Assembly (NCBI RefSeq): GCF_009914755.1
Contig: NC_060927.1
Source: the human T2T-CHM13v2.0 reference genome, Homo sapiens
DNA: 64,000 bases
Direction: 5' to 3' (one strand)
A model generated the notes under the pieces. That model saw nothing but the letters and a program-made list of their open reading frames with translations, did no database searches and was not told the origin of the DNA. The position numbers were made by a program, and so were the translations under genes. The first letter of the stretch is position 1, and each line of letters starts with the position of its first letter. Shown one piece after another: positions 1 to 14,295 of this stretch.

Positions 1-660
1 GAGTGGATGTGGAGAAATAGGAAGGTTTTTACACCGTTGGTGGGAGTGTAAACTAGTTCAACCATTGTGGAAGACAGTGTGGCGATTCCTCGAGGATCTA
101 GAACTAGAAATACCATTTGACCCAGAAATCCCATTACTGGGTATATACCCAAAGGAGTATAAATCATGCTACTATAAAGACACATGCACACGTATGTTTA
201 TTGCAGCACTATTCACAATAGCAAAGACTTGGAACCAACCCAAATGTCGATCAATGATAGACTGGTTAAAGAAAATGTGGCACATATACACCATGGAATA
301 CTATGCAGCCATAAAAAAGGATGAATTAGTGTCTTTTGTAGGGACATGGATGAAGCTGGAAACCATAATTCTGAGCAAACTATCACAAGGACAGAAAACC
401 AAATACCGCATATTCGCACTCATAGGTAGGAATTGAACAGTGAGAACACTTGGACACAGGGCAGGGAACATCACACACCAGGGCCTGTCATGGGGTGGGG
501 GGCTAGGGGAGGGATAGCATTAGGAGAAATACCTAATGTAAATAACGAGTTAATGGGTGCAGCAAACAAACATGGCACATGTATACCTATGTAACAAACC
601 TGCATGTTGTGCACATGTACCCTAGAACTTAAAGTATAATAAAAAAAAAAAAAAGAAAAA
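1..660 (+). mobile_element. L1PA (about PA5-PA7) 3' end: ORF2 C-terminus, 3'UTR and poly(A); starts before the window
   Basis: ORF 65-436 (WKTVWRFL..IPLLGIYPKEYKSCYYKDTCTRMFIAALFTIAKTWNQPKC) is the L1 ORF2p C-terminus. Typical 3'UTR with G-rich tract, ending CTTAAAGTATAATAAAA plus A-tail at 641-660. Confidence 0.95.
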
Positions 661-1812
661 GTTGTGGGTACAAAGTAGGTGTCTATATTTACGGAGTATA
701 TGAAATGTTTTGATACAGGCATACAATGTGAAATAAGCACATCATCGAGAATGGAGTATCCATTGCCTCCAGCATTTATCCTTTGAATTTCAAATAATCT
801 AATTACACTCTGTAAATTATTTTATACTGTCCAATTAAATTATTATTGACTGTAGTCAGCCTACTGTGCTATCAAATAGTAGGTCTTATTCATTCTTTCT
901 AAATATTTTTTTTTTGTCCTCATTATCCATCACCACCTTGCTCCCCCATCCTCCCCTTCCCCATTACTGTTCCCAGCCTCTGGTAACCATCCTTCTACTC
1001 TTTATGAGTTCAATTGATTTGATTTTTGGATTCCACAAATAAGTGAGAATATGTGATGTTTGTCTTTTGTGCTTGGCTTATTACACTTCACATAATGATC
1101 TTCAGTTCCATCAATGTTGTTGCAAATGACAGGATCTCATTGTTTTTTATGGCTGAATAGTACTCCATTGTATGTATGTACCACATTTTCTTTATCCATT
1201 CATCTGTTGATGGACAATTAGGTTGCTTCCAAATCTTATTGTAAACAGTGCTGCAACAAACATAGGTGTGCAGAAAACTCGTTGATATGCCGATTTCTTT
1301 CCTTTTGGGCATATGTTCAGCAATGGGATTGCTGGATCATGTAGTAGCTCAATTTTAAGTTTTTTGAGGAACCTCCAAACTGTTCTCCATAGTGCGTGTA
1401 CTAATTTACATTCCCATTAACAGTATACAAGAGTTCCCTTTTCCTCATATCCTCGCCAGCATTTCTTATTGCCTGTCTTTTGGATATAAGCCATTTTAAG
1501 TGGGGTGTGGTGATAGCCACCCCACCATAGGAGTATTGCCAGACTACCACCAGTGTTGCCTGTAGGCCCAAGGTTTCTTAAGTCAGCTTGTCATTAATGT
1601 TGCCTGGCTTGGGACTCATCCTTCAGGACAGTAGGCTTCCCTCTGGTCCAGGGCAGGTCAAGAAATGCCACTGAAGAGTCAAGTCCTAGAATTGGAGACC
1701 CCAAGAGCCCACTTGGTGCTCTGCCCCACTGTGGCTGTGTTGGTAAGGTGCAAGACAAAGTTTCCTTTACTTTTCCCTCTGCTTTTCTCAAGCAGAAGTT
1801 TTGTCCCATAGC

Positions 1813-2136
1813 TGTTGCAGAACTTTTCCTTAGTTCAGGTAAAGACGAGGTTCTTTGTCCCATGGCCATGAAAATCCAGGCTCACAGACAATTTGAATGG
1901 TGAGTAGGACTAGGTTTTATTGGGTGAAAAGGAAAAAAGGTGGCACAGGGACTCTCGCAAGACCAGCGTCCCTGCTAGAGCGCTTCCCACCCGCAGCTTG
2001 AATCCCCAGGTTCCACACAGGAAGAGGAGAGGCCAGGCTCCTCACCATGGCAAATGGTGCAAAATTCTGTGGCTCAACCACAGTGCACAGGCTGGTTGAA
2101 GATTTTCCAGGGACCCCCTCCAACCTGGCTGTCTCA
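1813..2136 (-). mobile_element. Solo ERV1 LTR, MER61-like
   Basis: TG...CA termini and a 4-bp TSD TAGC (1809-1812 / 2137-2140). The minus strand starts TGAGACAGCCAGGTTGGAGGGGGTCCCTGG and has an AATAAA. Family name is from recall. Confidence 0.75.
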
Positions 2137-2635
2137 TAGCCACCACAGTTATGAGTTTAATTTGGTTTCAAATGTGTTGAGTCTCACCTGAAGCCAACAA
2201 GTCTCAGAGGCTCACCAAGGCCCTTAATGCAGTACTTGGGTATCACTACTGGTTATTCAGGGCCCAAGGGCTCTTCAGTTTGCAGACAATAAATGCTGGC
2301 AGGACTAGGTCCTTTTTTTCAAGGTGGCAAGTTCTCTTCTGGTCCAGGGTGTGTCTAGAAACGTCATCTGGGAGCTAGCACCTGAAACAGAGGCTGCATG
2401 ACTCTGACCAGTGCCCTATCTGGCTGTGGCTGAGCTGGTATCCTAGATGCCAGACAAATCCTCTCCACTCTTCCCTCTCTTCTCCTTAAGTGGAAGGAAG
2501 GGGTCTCTTTTGGAGCTGTGAGCTATGCAGCCTGGGGTTAGGGGAAGGGTGATGCCAGCACTCCCTTGGCTGGTGTCTCAGTGTGTTGCATGTCTCCCAA
2601 ATCCAGTATCTCTGGGCCTAGTTCAGCATGAGGAC

Positions 2636-3070
2636 TGTGAGAAACATGCTCTATCCAAACTCAGAGAATGGACTCAGAGGCAGGAAGAACAGCGAAAGTG
2701 AGACTTTTAGTAGTGGTCTTGCAAGATCAGCTGTCCAGTAGGCGGGCACACCCAGGGCAGCTATGGCAGGCAATTTATCTTCTAGTATGCAAGTGTCAAG
2801 TACTGTGGGGTTACAATCTTCCCAGATGAAACCTAAGTTTCATTATCTCCCTTACAAGGTTTTGTCCTGGTCCCCTTCTCCACTTAAGTTTTGATTTCTG
2901 AATAATGAAACTTTCTTCCCTTTTATGGGCTGATCCCTCTTCTACATGCTGTTTACTTATCATGACTTCCTAGGAGTGTGGGCTGTGCAGTTTGTTACAT
3001 TCACAGTCTGGCTGCCAGTGCTTAGATTTATCATGCCTTGAAAATGGATCATTTAAAATATTTTCTCACA
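2636..3070 (-). repeat. 3' LTR of the provirus
   Basis: Aligns by eye with 8142-8595; preceded on the minus strand by the PPT. Confidence 0.9.
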
Positions 3071-3223
3071 AATTACCTCCTCTTTTCTATTTACTTCCTT
3101 TGGTCTCATTTTCATTTAAATCGTTTTGGTCCTCGAATTGCTCTAGAAGTCATTTACTTTCTTCCTCATAGGAGAATGAGTTTAATTTGGTTTCTAATAG
3201 TAGCAGGTTACTTTACTGGTAAG

Positions 3224-5100
3224 TCATGACATTTGTTTATTACTAGCTGTTTCAATTAATCTCTGTGCTGGTTCCTTTACACAAGGCATAATACAACACT
3301 CCACTGCTGTTAAGACTCTGGCCTCAATTATGAGAGATGTAAGAATTGAAGATACCATGCCTTTCCATTTTCCAAACCAACCTTCTAGCCAACCCATAAA
3401 TGGTATATTACTTTCAGCATTTTCTGCCAGTTTGTTGGCTAGAGTCATCAGTCCTTGTAAAGCTTTTGTGATGGTCCCATCTGGGGCAGTATTCTTGGGA
3501 ATAGAAGTACAAAATTTCCCACCCAGCATAACATATATGCCCCCTTTACTGCTAGTTAATTACATCTAACACAAACCTGTTTTCCCAGGCCATTCAGCTG
3601 GTGGCATCTAATTGGCTAGCCACGCCTTTGAGGGTGTCATGAGTATAACTGATAAATCTCTGTTGATTATGATAGATGTAGTTAATCCAATCAACATTCT
3701 TATTAATAGTTGACCACCAGAAAAGTGCTGACTCAAACCCGCAACTATTTGGTATCTGGCCTTAAATTCTTTAGGCACCCCCCTAGGGACTCCTATAGAC
3801 TCCACATATATACTGGGATCAAAAGAATTTGTTATATCTCTCTGTTTCGGTGGCCATGTATATTTTCGGGTATCTTATGGAATACCAGGGTGAAGAGAAT
3901 GGCCAGGTGGACCTAAGCCCAAGTCCTGGTCCAATTGGGATGGTAACAAGTTATGGAGGTTCCTTTTCCCACAATACCACCAGTCATCATCCTGGGGTAT
4001 ATGGATCACTGATTAATTGCCATTGCCTCACCGGTGATGTTTAGGATGTGGGTACAAGTCGACATTCTCCCACAGGCTTATTGAACTCTGCCCACTGCCT
4101 AGAGAGGGAAGAGGAGTGGTTCATATTCCCTATAGAGAATGAGGGGATTGCTCTAAGATCTGACCTCTGCAATGCAGGAAAGAGCAATGACAGACTCCTA
4201 CAAGTCTCATTTCCCCATGCATCTTTGTCCTGGTATAGAGCCAACATGCAACACATTCCTTCAGGATCAGTATCCTAGATCAGTATCTAGGGGAAACATA
4301 GCCACCTGTGCCTGAGATCATCCCACAGTACATGCACAGCAGCTACTCTTGTTGAGGGCTTGTACCAAAAATTTGACCCATTCAACACAGGCATTCACAT
4401 CCCCATACCCTGTCTCAATTTCTAAGTTTGCTTTAAATCCTTTACCTCAATTATTTTTACCCTTTTAGGGTCATTATTTGGAAGACTAAAATGTTTATTA
4501 GGGTGTGGGTTTGGAGTCATCCCAGGCAAATGGGAGTTGAGTTCTTGATTAGTTTGAGAGCAAATCACCCTAGGGGGTCTTTCCCTGTGGTGTCTACCCC
4601 AACCCATATACACGAGATGCTACTTTTGGTTCTTAGTCTAGAACAGCTGGATTGTCAATGGTGATCAGTATAGGATTGCATTCTAAATTCTGGCAATTAT
4701 TTGGAGGGGTGGGGGAGCCCTTAGACAGATGTAGTTTATCCTTCAAGGGTCTCCAGCTCAGAGTTACCCACCCCATGTTTATTATCCAACGCTGAAAGGT
4801 ATTCATCCATCATACATTATCACAGCTGGGGCATGGTGATGCCCTACTGTAACCTGTATCTGGTTCAGGGCAAATATATTTATCTGCCTGCAAGAGCTGT
4901 CTCTGATTTTTTAAATTCCCACAAGGTAAGGCATGGCAGGCATCAAATCTTATAGTTTTGGGTGCTGCTATCTTGGTCACATTAATCATCAACCTGATTG
5001 GGTAGGGAGGAGTCCCCTGACAGTTTCCATTTTGACCTTCTGCTCTTTGTATAGTAGCCCATCCCAGACATATTAACTTCCAGAAATGGGGCCAGCCCAT
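3224..5100 (-). pseudogene. env: env remnant (HERV-IP-type SU/TM), multiple stops and frameshifts
   Basis: Signal-peptide-like start MGWPHFWKLICLGWA..; SU fragment with C-x-x-C near 4330; TM hallmark SIGVPRGVPKEFKARYQIVAG (3608-3805); degenerate CX6CC region followed by IPKNTAPDGTITKAL and a hydrophobic anchor (3224-3529). Confidence 0.85.
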
Positions 5101-5182
5101 GTTTCTTATTAGACTTTTCTCAGAGTTAACTTTAAGAGTCCTCAGGTGACCCGTGCACTTTTCACTGGTCTTTTCCCCTCCC

Positions 5183-6400
<1,218 letters not shown>

Positions 6401-6500
6401 ATACTAGCTCTCTCACACTGTCCACCTTTATCTCAGCTGTCTGTTCTGGCTCTGTGGCTCCAGCCACCCCCATGCCTGCAGCTGCACTCCCTGGCCTGCA

Positions 6501-7680
6501 AGACCAGCTCTTGGTTAAAAGTTAACCTTCAAAAGGCCTTGCCCTACTGGGTCCTTCAGATCTAATCCAGAGTATTTTCTCATCTGATCTCTGAGCCTCT
6601 GCAGGAATGCAGAGGGAGTTTCCTCTTTTTCTTGTTGAATCTAGAATGCCTCTGAGACATTTTGTGTCCTAGGAGTGGACTCTTTGATCCCTTTAATTAT
6701 TAGTTCCCTGAGGTCCTGCATTTGGGCCCAGTCCCTGGGATCATTATTATCCCATTCAGGATCGACATTTGGAAATTTTTATTCAGCTGGAAAGACTCCT
6801 TTCCTTGGAGGGTGTTGCCTCTCCCATATGGTCATGGCCACTCTCCTAATCACTCCCCTTTCTTCTCCTATGAACAGGATATTTATGATAGACATTATCT
6901 TAGCCCAGGTGTAAAAATTTGGTCCTAGGAATTGGTCCAGCTGGTTTACTAAACTGAGGGGATCTTCTAAGAGTGGTCTCATTTCCTCTTTGAAATTCCT
7001 AACTTCGGTACTTGTAAGAGGACTGTTTACAAAGCCAATTTCTCCTTGTTCCATGGGAACTGCCCTAAGTAGGAGCATGCTAGATGCCTGCTGTGTAGAA
7101 GGGATAGAGAAGTTCTCAATATCCCTCTTATACTGTTCTAATTATTTTCTTAAATTTGGATGAGGATCTGAAGGAGTTTTTGTTCTCCAGGTCTTTCTTC
7201 CTCTAACCCTCCTGTTGCTCCTTTATCTTCTTGTCTCCTATTTTGTGAGATGTAGGTAGGGGGTGAGCATGATGGAGGGATCCCAAGGCTTTTCACTGGG
7301 TGAGTGCTCTTTGCTAGGCTTTTTTTCTCCTTCTTTGAGGGGGAACAGGGGGTCTACTTCCTTGATCCAGCAGAGAGCATAACCTGTATCTTCTGGTGAG
7401 GATGGGATTTTATCATTCACATAGATAATTAAAGCTTGGTACACCCAATCCTCATCTAAGCCAAACTTAGGCCAAAAGACTGAAGGCTGACGAATGGGTT
7501 TTTGGGCCAGATAAAACAGCAATACATCATCATCTTTTGCTTTTCCTTGTCCCTGGTTTGAGGGTTGTCCCTCCAAACCTGCAACATTCTCCCGAAAGGA
7601 CTATCCAGGGGAATGTCTGAAGGATTCTCTTTAGCTCCCTCTTCCCTTTGTCCCCTAGGCCTAGAATTCCTGTTTCCCAT
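6501..7680 (-). pseudogene. gag: gag remnant (MA to CA), frameshifted and truncated before NC
   Basis: Starts MGNRNSRPRG..DIPLDSPFGRMLQVW..YCCFIWP; CA segment FVNSPLTSTEVRNFKEEM..; major homology region QQEKEETPSAFLQRLRDQMRKYSGLD at ~6560-6640. Confidence 0.88.
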
Positions 7681-8119
7681 TGTCAGTCAGTCTCTGTGTC
7701 TGAGCTTTTCCCTGTGTACTCCCCCACCCCCCACTGGAGGTTTCTTGCACACCCCGATAATCACTTCATACATCTCCAGCTGTTTCCCTCACGGGAGAAC
7801 AGAACTGCGAATTGGGACTCCGCATTCACTTTGTATCTTGGATACGTCTCAGTCACACACACTCAACCTGCAAAAATGCCCAACTATTAAGGAAGTACTT
7901 ATAGTCCACTTTTCCTTCCTCAGCTCATGCACGAGGTTGCCTTGTTCCCACAGGGCCTGCTTTCTTCCCTTTGTTGCCTCTATTGCCTCCTGAATAACAG
8001 TCTCCGGTTTGTCTATGGCCTCCGCGGGGAGCCGGGATGCCCAGACAGAGCAGGCCACCTAAATCGGGTGGAATGTGTCTCCCCTCTCAGCCAGAGTCCC
8101 ACTCCATGCAGGCACAGAG

Positions 8120-8137
8120 ATCCTGAACGGGACCTCA
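8120..8137 (-). other. Degenerate primer-binding site, closest to tRNA-Pro
   Basis: Minus strand TGAGGTCCCGTTCAGGAT, 4 nt after the 5' LTR; 13/18 match to the Pro PBS TGGGGGCTCGTCCGGGAT. Confidence 0.65.
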
Positions 8138-8141
8138 GATT

Positions 8142-8595
8142 TGTGAGAAACATGTTCACTCATCCAAACCCAAAGAATGGACTCAGAGATACAAAGAACA
8201 GCAAAAGTGAGACTTTTAATAGCGGTCTTGCAAGATCTGGTGTCTGACAGGCACACCTGTAACAGCTACAGCAGGTAATTTATCTCCTAACAGGCAAATC
8301 CTTCCCCCAGTTCCTCATTGGTCGAGTATTATGGGGTTACAATCTTCCCAGACGTTGCCTAAGCTTAATTATTCCCCTTATAAGGTCATACCCCAGTCCC
8401 TTTTCCCACTTAAGTTTCGACTTCCCAATAACTAAACTTTCTTCCCTTTTATGGGCTGACCCCTCCTCTAAATTACGTTCATTTATCATGGCTTTCTAGA
8501 AGAATGAGCTGTGTGGCTTGTTACATCTGCAGGCTGGCTCCCAGTGCTTAGATTTATCATGCCTGAAAATGGACCATTTAAAATGCCTTCTCACA
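8142..8595 (-). repeat. 5' LTR of the provirus (454 bp)
   Basis: TG/CA termini; keeps a CCAAT box (8317-8321, minus) and ATTAAA (8215-8220, minus). Confidence 0.9.
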
Positions 8596-10097
8596 GGACT
8601 CACCTAAGAGTTGCAGTCCCTATGACAGATTACCTTTCAAGTTTACTTGGAGACACAGAGTGCTTGCAGCAATGGAGGTGAGGTTTGAAGGCTCTCAAGT
8701 TTGGACCACTAGGATTGGTAATTCCCCTCTGGCTAGGGCTAGTTTAAATGCTCCCTTTGTGGGCATGGGTGGGTGACAGCTAAATTTGGGCCAGTTTTCC
8801 TCTCTGTTCTAACAGGACAGCACTGAGTTCAATGCCTCACAATTGCTGCATTCTCCCTCCCTCAGTGCCCAGAGGCACTCCCCACAGCTGCTAATGCCTT
8901 GGATGGAGGACGGGTGGCATCCATGATCCAGGACTTTTTTTCTATCTCTTCGGCGCTTCTTTCAGTGATATGAAGTTAAAACCAGGTACTATGATTCCTC
9001 ACCTTATTTTTGATTCTTATGATGGTCTTTATTCTGTGTAGATGTTGATTTGGTGTCCTTGGGGTCGGAGTGAGTGGGAGGATTGGGGGAGCTTTCTATT
9101 CTGCCATCTTGCCCCACCACCTGTTAGTACTTCTCATAGTGCGCTTACCTTATCCTGTGATAAACTCATTTGTATACGTGCCTTAATTTTCTTATTAAAT
9201 TATAACATCTTTCTGATGATGATTATTCATAGTGTTTAATCCCTTTAGTGTCTAATACACCTAAACTACTAAGCAAGTTTTATTATTCACATTGAATAAT
9301 TCAAAGTCACACAGTTAGTAAAGAAAGAATTCCTAGAACCAGTGCTAGAATAGGAATCTTAGTTCAACATTTTCTCTTCAGTAATCATTGTCTCTCAAAC
9401 TTTCATGTGCCTTGTCCTTTATCTTATCTGCATAAACAGAATGTTTTGTCTGTATATACAAATGCTGAACACAGCACCCTGGAGTTTTCTTGGCTAGATA
9501 AGGAGAGACAGAATAGAATAGGAGAAATGGTTATGTTAACATTTTTCTTTTTGCAAACTGCCAACCTTTATCCCTTACCTAGAAACTGGGCATTCTTTAT
9601 AGACTAGGATTTTATACATTTTAAGGAGACTTTTCTTTTCTTTTCTTCTCTCTTTTTTTTTTTTTGGTGAATGAAGATTTAGGCTTATGTAATGGTCTTT
9701 TCAAATCTTTTTTATCTGTAATCTGGGCTAAGCAATCTAGCACTCTGTTCTATTAAATGCTTCAGTAAGCAGTCCCACTCAAGTCCCAGGAAATCCCAAT
9801 GTGTTTGTTAGATGCCACCTTAACTTACCAACCTGCCTTTAGCCTAAAGGCTATTTTTTCTTTATCTTTGTAGTTGCCCTGCTGCTGGGATTCTATTTTT
9901 ACCTTCTAGAGAAGAATTTCTCATTTTATTGGAGTGATTTTCCTTGCACGTGTGGCTGACACAGTAAAACTTTCAAATTCCTAACAAGTTGGTCTTCTGG
10001 GACTGAACAAAAATGGGTTGAAGGGGGCAGTGGTGGAAGTAAAAATCATCCTTTGCTCTCACCGAAGTAGAGACAGCAGTGGCGTGTTATCCTAAAC

Positions 10098-10290
10098 CTG
10101 GAACTGGGATCAGAAGATATGAATTCAAGGCACTGGCTCTGCAACCATTGTGCTTGTTGACATTGTGAAAATTATATAATCTCTCAGCCTCAGTTACCTT
10201 AGACACAAAGGGGAATAAGTATGACTTATTCTGTGCTATTTCTGAAGATAAAATAAATATATTTTGTGATTTGTAAAGAATAATACCAAT
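10098..10290 (+). mobile_element. MIR SINE, degraded
   Basis: MIR core-like ..GAATTCAAGGCACTGGCTCTGC..AATCTCTCAGCCTCAGTT.. Confidence 0.6.
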
Positions 10291-10778
10291 TATTACCAAG
10301 AGTACTCACACAATTCATTTTTGTGTGTATGTAAATATAAAATCATCATCATTCTTTTTCCAGAGAAGACTGAAGAACAGGTAGGCTCCATCCCTGACTT
10401 GAGATCAAGCAGCAGGTTAGCCAAACCCAAAGATTAGAATTCAATAGTCTATGATTCCCACTAGGTTCATTCATTCTTAACTGCGGCATGAGCCAGTTTC
10501 TCTACAGAATTACTGCCAATAGAACATGATTCACTTCTTAATTGTAATTTCCCTGCATTTTCTTATAATTAAGTGGGGAGGTTTTAGGGACTTTTAGTCA
10601 CTTTTCTAAGAATATCTTAAACTTTAAACTTGCACTATTTTGACTCTCATTATACCTAGCATTCAAGTCTCCTGATTAATTTGTTGATGAATTTGGCTTC
10701 CAAGTTTGAGGATGATGTCTAGCATCCACCATATGTTTATTAACTTCTTCACTGAGCAGGAGGCTATTTTGAAGACTA

Positions 10779-12071
10779 CTTTTTATTTTATTAAGTTCCA
10801 GGATACATGTGCAGGATGTGCAGGTTTGTTACATAGATAAATGTGTGCCATGGTGGTTTGCTGCACCTATTAACCCATCACCTAGGGATTAAGCCCCACA
10901 TGCATTAGATATTCATCCTGATTTTCTCCCTCCCCTCCCCTTCAGGCCCAGTGTGTGTTGCTCCCCTCCCTGTGTCCATGTGTTCTCATTGTTCAGCATC
11001 CACTCAGGAGTGAGAACATACAGTGTTTGATTTTTTGTTCCTGCATTAGTTTGCTGAAAATAATGGCTTTCATCTCCATTCATGTAAAGGACATGATATT
11101 CCTTTATATGGCTGCACAGTATTTAATGGTGTATATATACAACATTTTCTTTATCTGGTCTGTCATTGATGGGCATTTGAGTTGATTCCATATCTTTGCT
11201 ATCGTGAACAGTGCTGCAATGAATATACGCATGCATCTATCTTTATAATAGAATAATATATGTTCCTTTGGGCATATATCCAGTAATGGAATTGCTGGGT
11301 CAAATGGTATTTCTGGTTCCAGGTCTAAGGAATCATCACACTGTCTTTCACAATGGTGTAACTAATTTACATTCCCACCAACAGTGAAAAAGCATTCCTA
11401 CCTCTCTATAGCCTCAACGGCATCTGTTGTTTCTTGACTTTTTTAATAATGGCCATCCTGACTGGCATGAGATGGCATCTCATTGTAGATTTGATTTGCA
11501 TTTCTCTAATGACCTGTGATGTTGAGGTTTTTTTTCATGTTTTTTGGCTGTATATATGTCTTCTTTTCTGTTCAGGTCCTTTGCCCACTTTTTTATGTCA
11601 TTTATTTCCTTGTAAATTTGTTTACATTTTTGTAGATTCTGGATATTAAACTTTTGTCAGATGGATAGATTGCAAAGATTTTCTCCCATTCCTTAAGTTG
11701 TCTGCTCACTCTGATGATAGTTGCTTTTGCGTACGAAGCTCTTTAGTTTAAATCGGTCTCATTCATTAATTTTTGCTTTTGTTGCAATTGCTTTTGATGT
11801 TTTTGTCATTAAGTCTTTGCCTGTGCCTATGTCCCGAATGGTATTGCCTAGATTTTCTTATAGGGTTTTTATAGTTTTGGGTTTTACATTTAAGTCTTTA
11901 ATCCATCTTGGGGTAGTTTTTGTATAAGGTGTAAGGAAGGGGTCCAGTTTCAATTTTATGCATATGGATAGCCAGCTTTCCCAGCACCACTTATTAAATA
12001 GGGAATCCTTTCCCCATTGCTTGTTTTTGTCAGGTTTGTTGAAGATCAAATGGTTGTAGATTTGTGGTCTA
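10779..12071 (-). mobile_element. L1PA (about PA8-PA11) 5'-truncated 3' fragment
   Basis: T-rich tail, L1PA 3'UTR and ORF2 fragment [26 protein letters not shown] (11858-12049). Confidence 0.9.
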
Positions 12072-14204
12072 TGCCTTAATCCAGGACGGGTGCTAAACTA
12101 TTGTGGGACAACTGTAAGGCTGTTCTTTTCTTCATTTCCACACCTAAGAACTATGGATTTTAACAATCCATAGTGATCAGACTTATTTATGTGATGCCCT
12201 TTGTTAAAGGATAGCAACATGTCCTTTACCAAAAAATCAAAAGCAAAAACATATAAAACCACCACCACCAAGGATTCAAAAGTAAAAGACCACCTGAAGG
12301 GACTTACTTCAAAATAATCAAATTGGCAGAGTGAGAGGCCATTGTGAATGGAGCAGTTGAAAAATGGGCTAGTGATAAAGCAAGATTGGCCAGGAGGTGA
12401 TAATTTATGATCTGGCTTATGAATATATGGAATTCTCATATAATTCTGCCTAACTTTTACTAATAACAAATGCTAAAGAATCAATTTGATAATAAAAGTT
12501 ACAAAACATTTTTTATAAAACCTATAAAAAGAACATTGATATTATTATGAATGATACATTTTTGATCTTAAGAATGCCTGTGCTTATTTGTCAAAATGGA
12601 AAGACTTTCAGCAGTTTTAAATTGCATTTCAGATGGGAGAGCCACTTAATCTTTGATAGATTTGATAAATCATAAAGAAGATCTTACATACAATTAAAAA
12701 CTTAAAAGTTGACAGGTATTCCTATACCTACATCTTTTTGCTCAGGAATATTCTTGAATAGTGACCTACCTTGGTCCTGGTATTTGGATGTAAATATATC
12801 ATTTTACTTCTGAGACCCATCTTCCTGAGGGATATTAAGTGTCCACTATTTGTAGCATTTGCAGCTAAAAAGAGTATTACATAATTTAAGCTACTAATGG
12901 ATCAACATGCCTTAGGATTGGATTCTGGGCTTAGAATTTTAATAATATCTTGTCTTTATTTTAAGACTATTTCTTTTTGCAAGAGTGGTAAAATGAGCTC
13001 TAAAAACATATTTAACTAGCTGCAATTTTTTTATTAAAGAGAATCTTGGGAATTTTGACAGGTGTTATTTTCATAGTCCCTCTTTATCAGTCACATTGAT
13101 CCATCTTTTTCTGTGTCCTTTTCTGTAACTTTCACATCAATTATTTTGCAAGATGTTTGATGACAATCAAAAGTTCCATGTGTGCTATAATAAATTCTCA
13201 AGTAGAAGAATGAACAGAATTGGAAGTATCACTCTTCAGGATAAATATGAAATGTCCGTGCCTTACCTTGTTGACATGGTGCATAAAACGTCTTGAGAGA
13301 CAGTGTCCCCAGAAGGAAGGTTCAAATATGATTATCATGTAATGTACTATACAAGGTTATAGCAGATACTTTATATAAATACATCAGTGAAATACTGTCA
13401 AAAAAGACACAGATTAAACATTATCGAATTGGCACCAACGTCAACATTTTTGCCTGGAGTTTTATATATAAAATACTTTAAAAAAATAAAAGTCAACAAG
13501 TTTATAATAAGAGATTTTTGTTTTCTATAAGAAATCTTACATATTTAGTCATTTCCCTTTCATCCAAAAAGATGTAATATTCATATTGCAGGAGATACAT
13601 GATGGTTAGTCGTTAACTTTTGAAATTTACTAAGAATTACAAATATTCAAATGATTTGAGATGAATTGAGTCGCCACATATTTCAAATAGCTTTATAAAC
13701 TATAAATTCATGATTTACATCACAAAGGTCAAACACAACATTTAGTACCTCAAAAAATTAGTACTTATTTGAGTTAGGTGGTCAAGCAATAATCTAACCC
13801 GGTTATAAAAGTTAATTCTGAACTGAAAGTGAGAAGTGCCCAGTGTCCAAGAAACATAAGTCTTAACATTCTGGGAATGTTCAGCTCGAAAGGCCTCCTA
13901 GCAAGTGACTTTCCATTAGGGATGTGTAGAGTAATTGGGGATCTGCTCTTACTGGGAATTCAGAATAAGTTGGTGATCTTCAAATAAAAGCTTTGTATAT
14001 GAGTTGCTAAACTACCATATTTGGGTAAAAAGAGAAACTATCTTGGGACAAAAGTGAAAAGAACAAAAATGAAAAGGACTCTAGCTATAAAGCTGATGTT
14101 CAGAACTTTCATGAAATTCGTGTAATTGATCCACACATTTATTGATTCAGAATGTAGAGTAAATCAGAGGCAAAATTTCTGGTTCTTATTAGTTCAGTCA
14201 AACA

Positions 14205-14295
14205 TAGAAAAAAGAAAAGAAAGAAAAAGGAAGAAGGAAGAATGGAAAGAAGAAAGGAAAGAAGTAGGATGAAAGAGAGAGACAGAGAAAGAACA
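14205..14295 (+). repeat. GA-rich low-complexity tract
   Basis: AAAAG/GAAG/GA iterations. Confidence 0.8.

Noticed and set aside
3224-5100. Possible co-opted (syncytin-like) env
   Set aside because: Fragmented by many stops and frameshifts; the longest piece is ~100 aa.
6405-6425. GQCER read as the start of a gag zinc knuckle fused in frame to integrase
   Set aside because: No CX2CX4HX4C follows, upstream frames are broken, and the segment looks non-gag (see finding).
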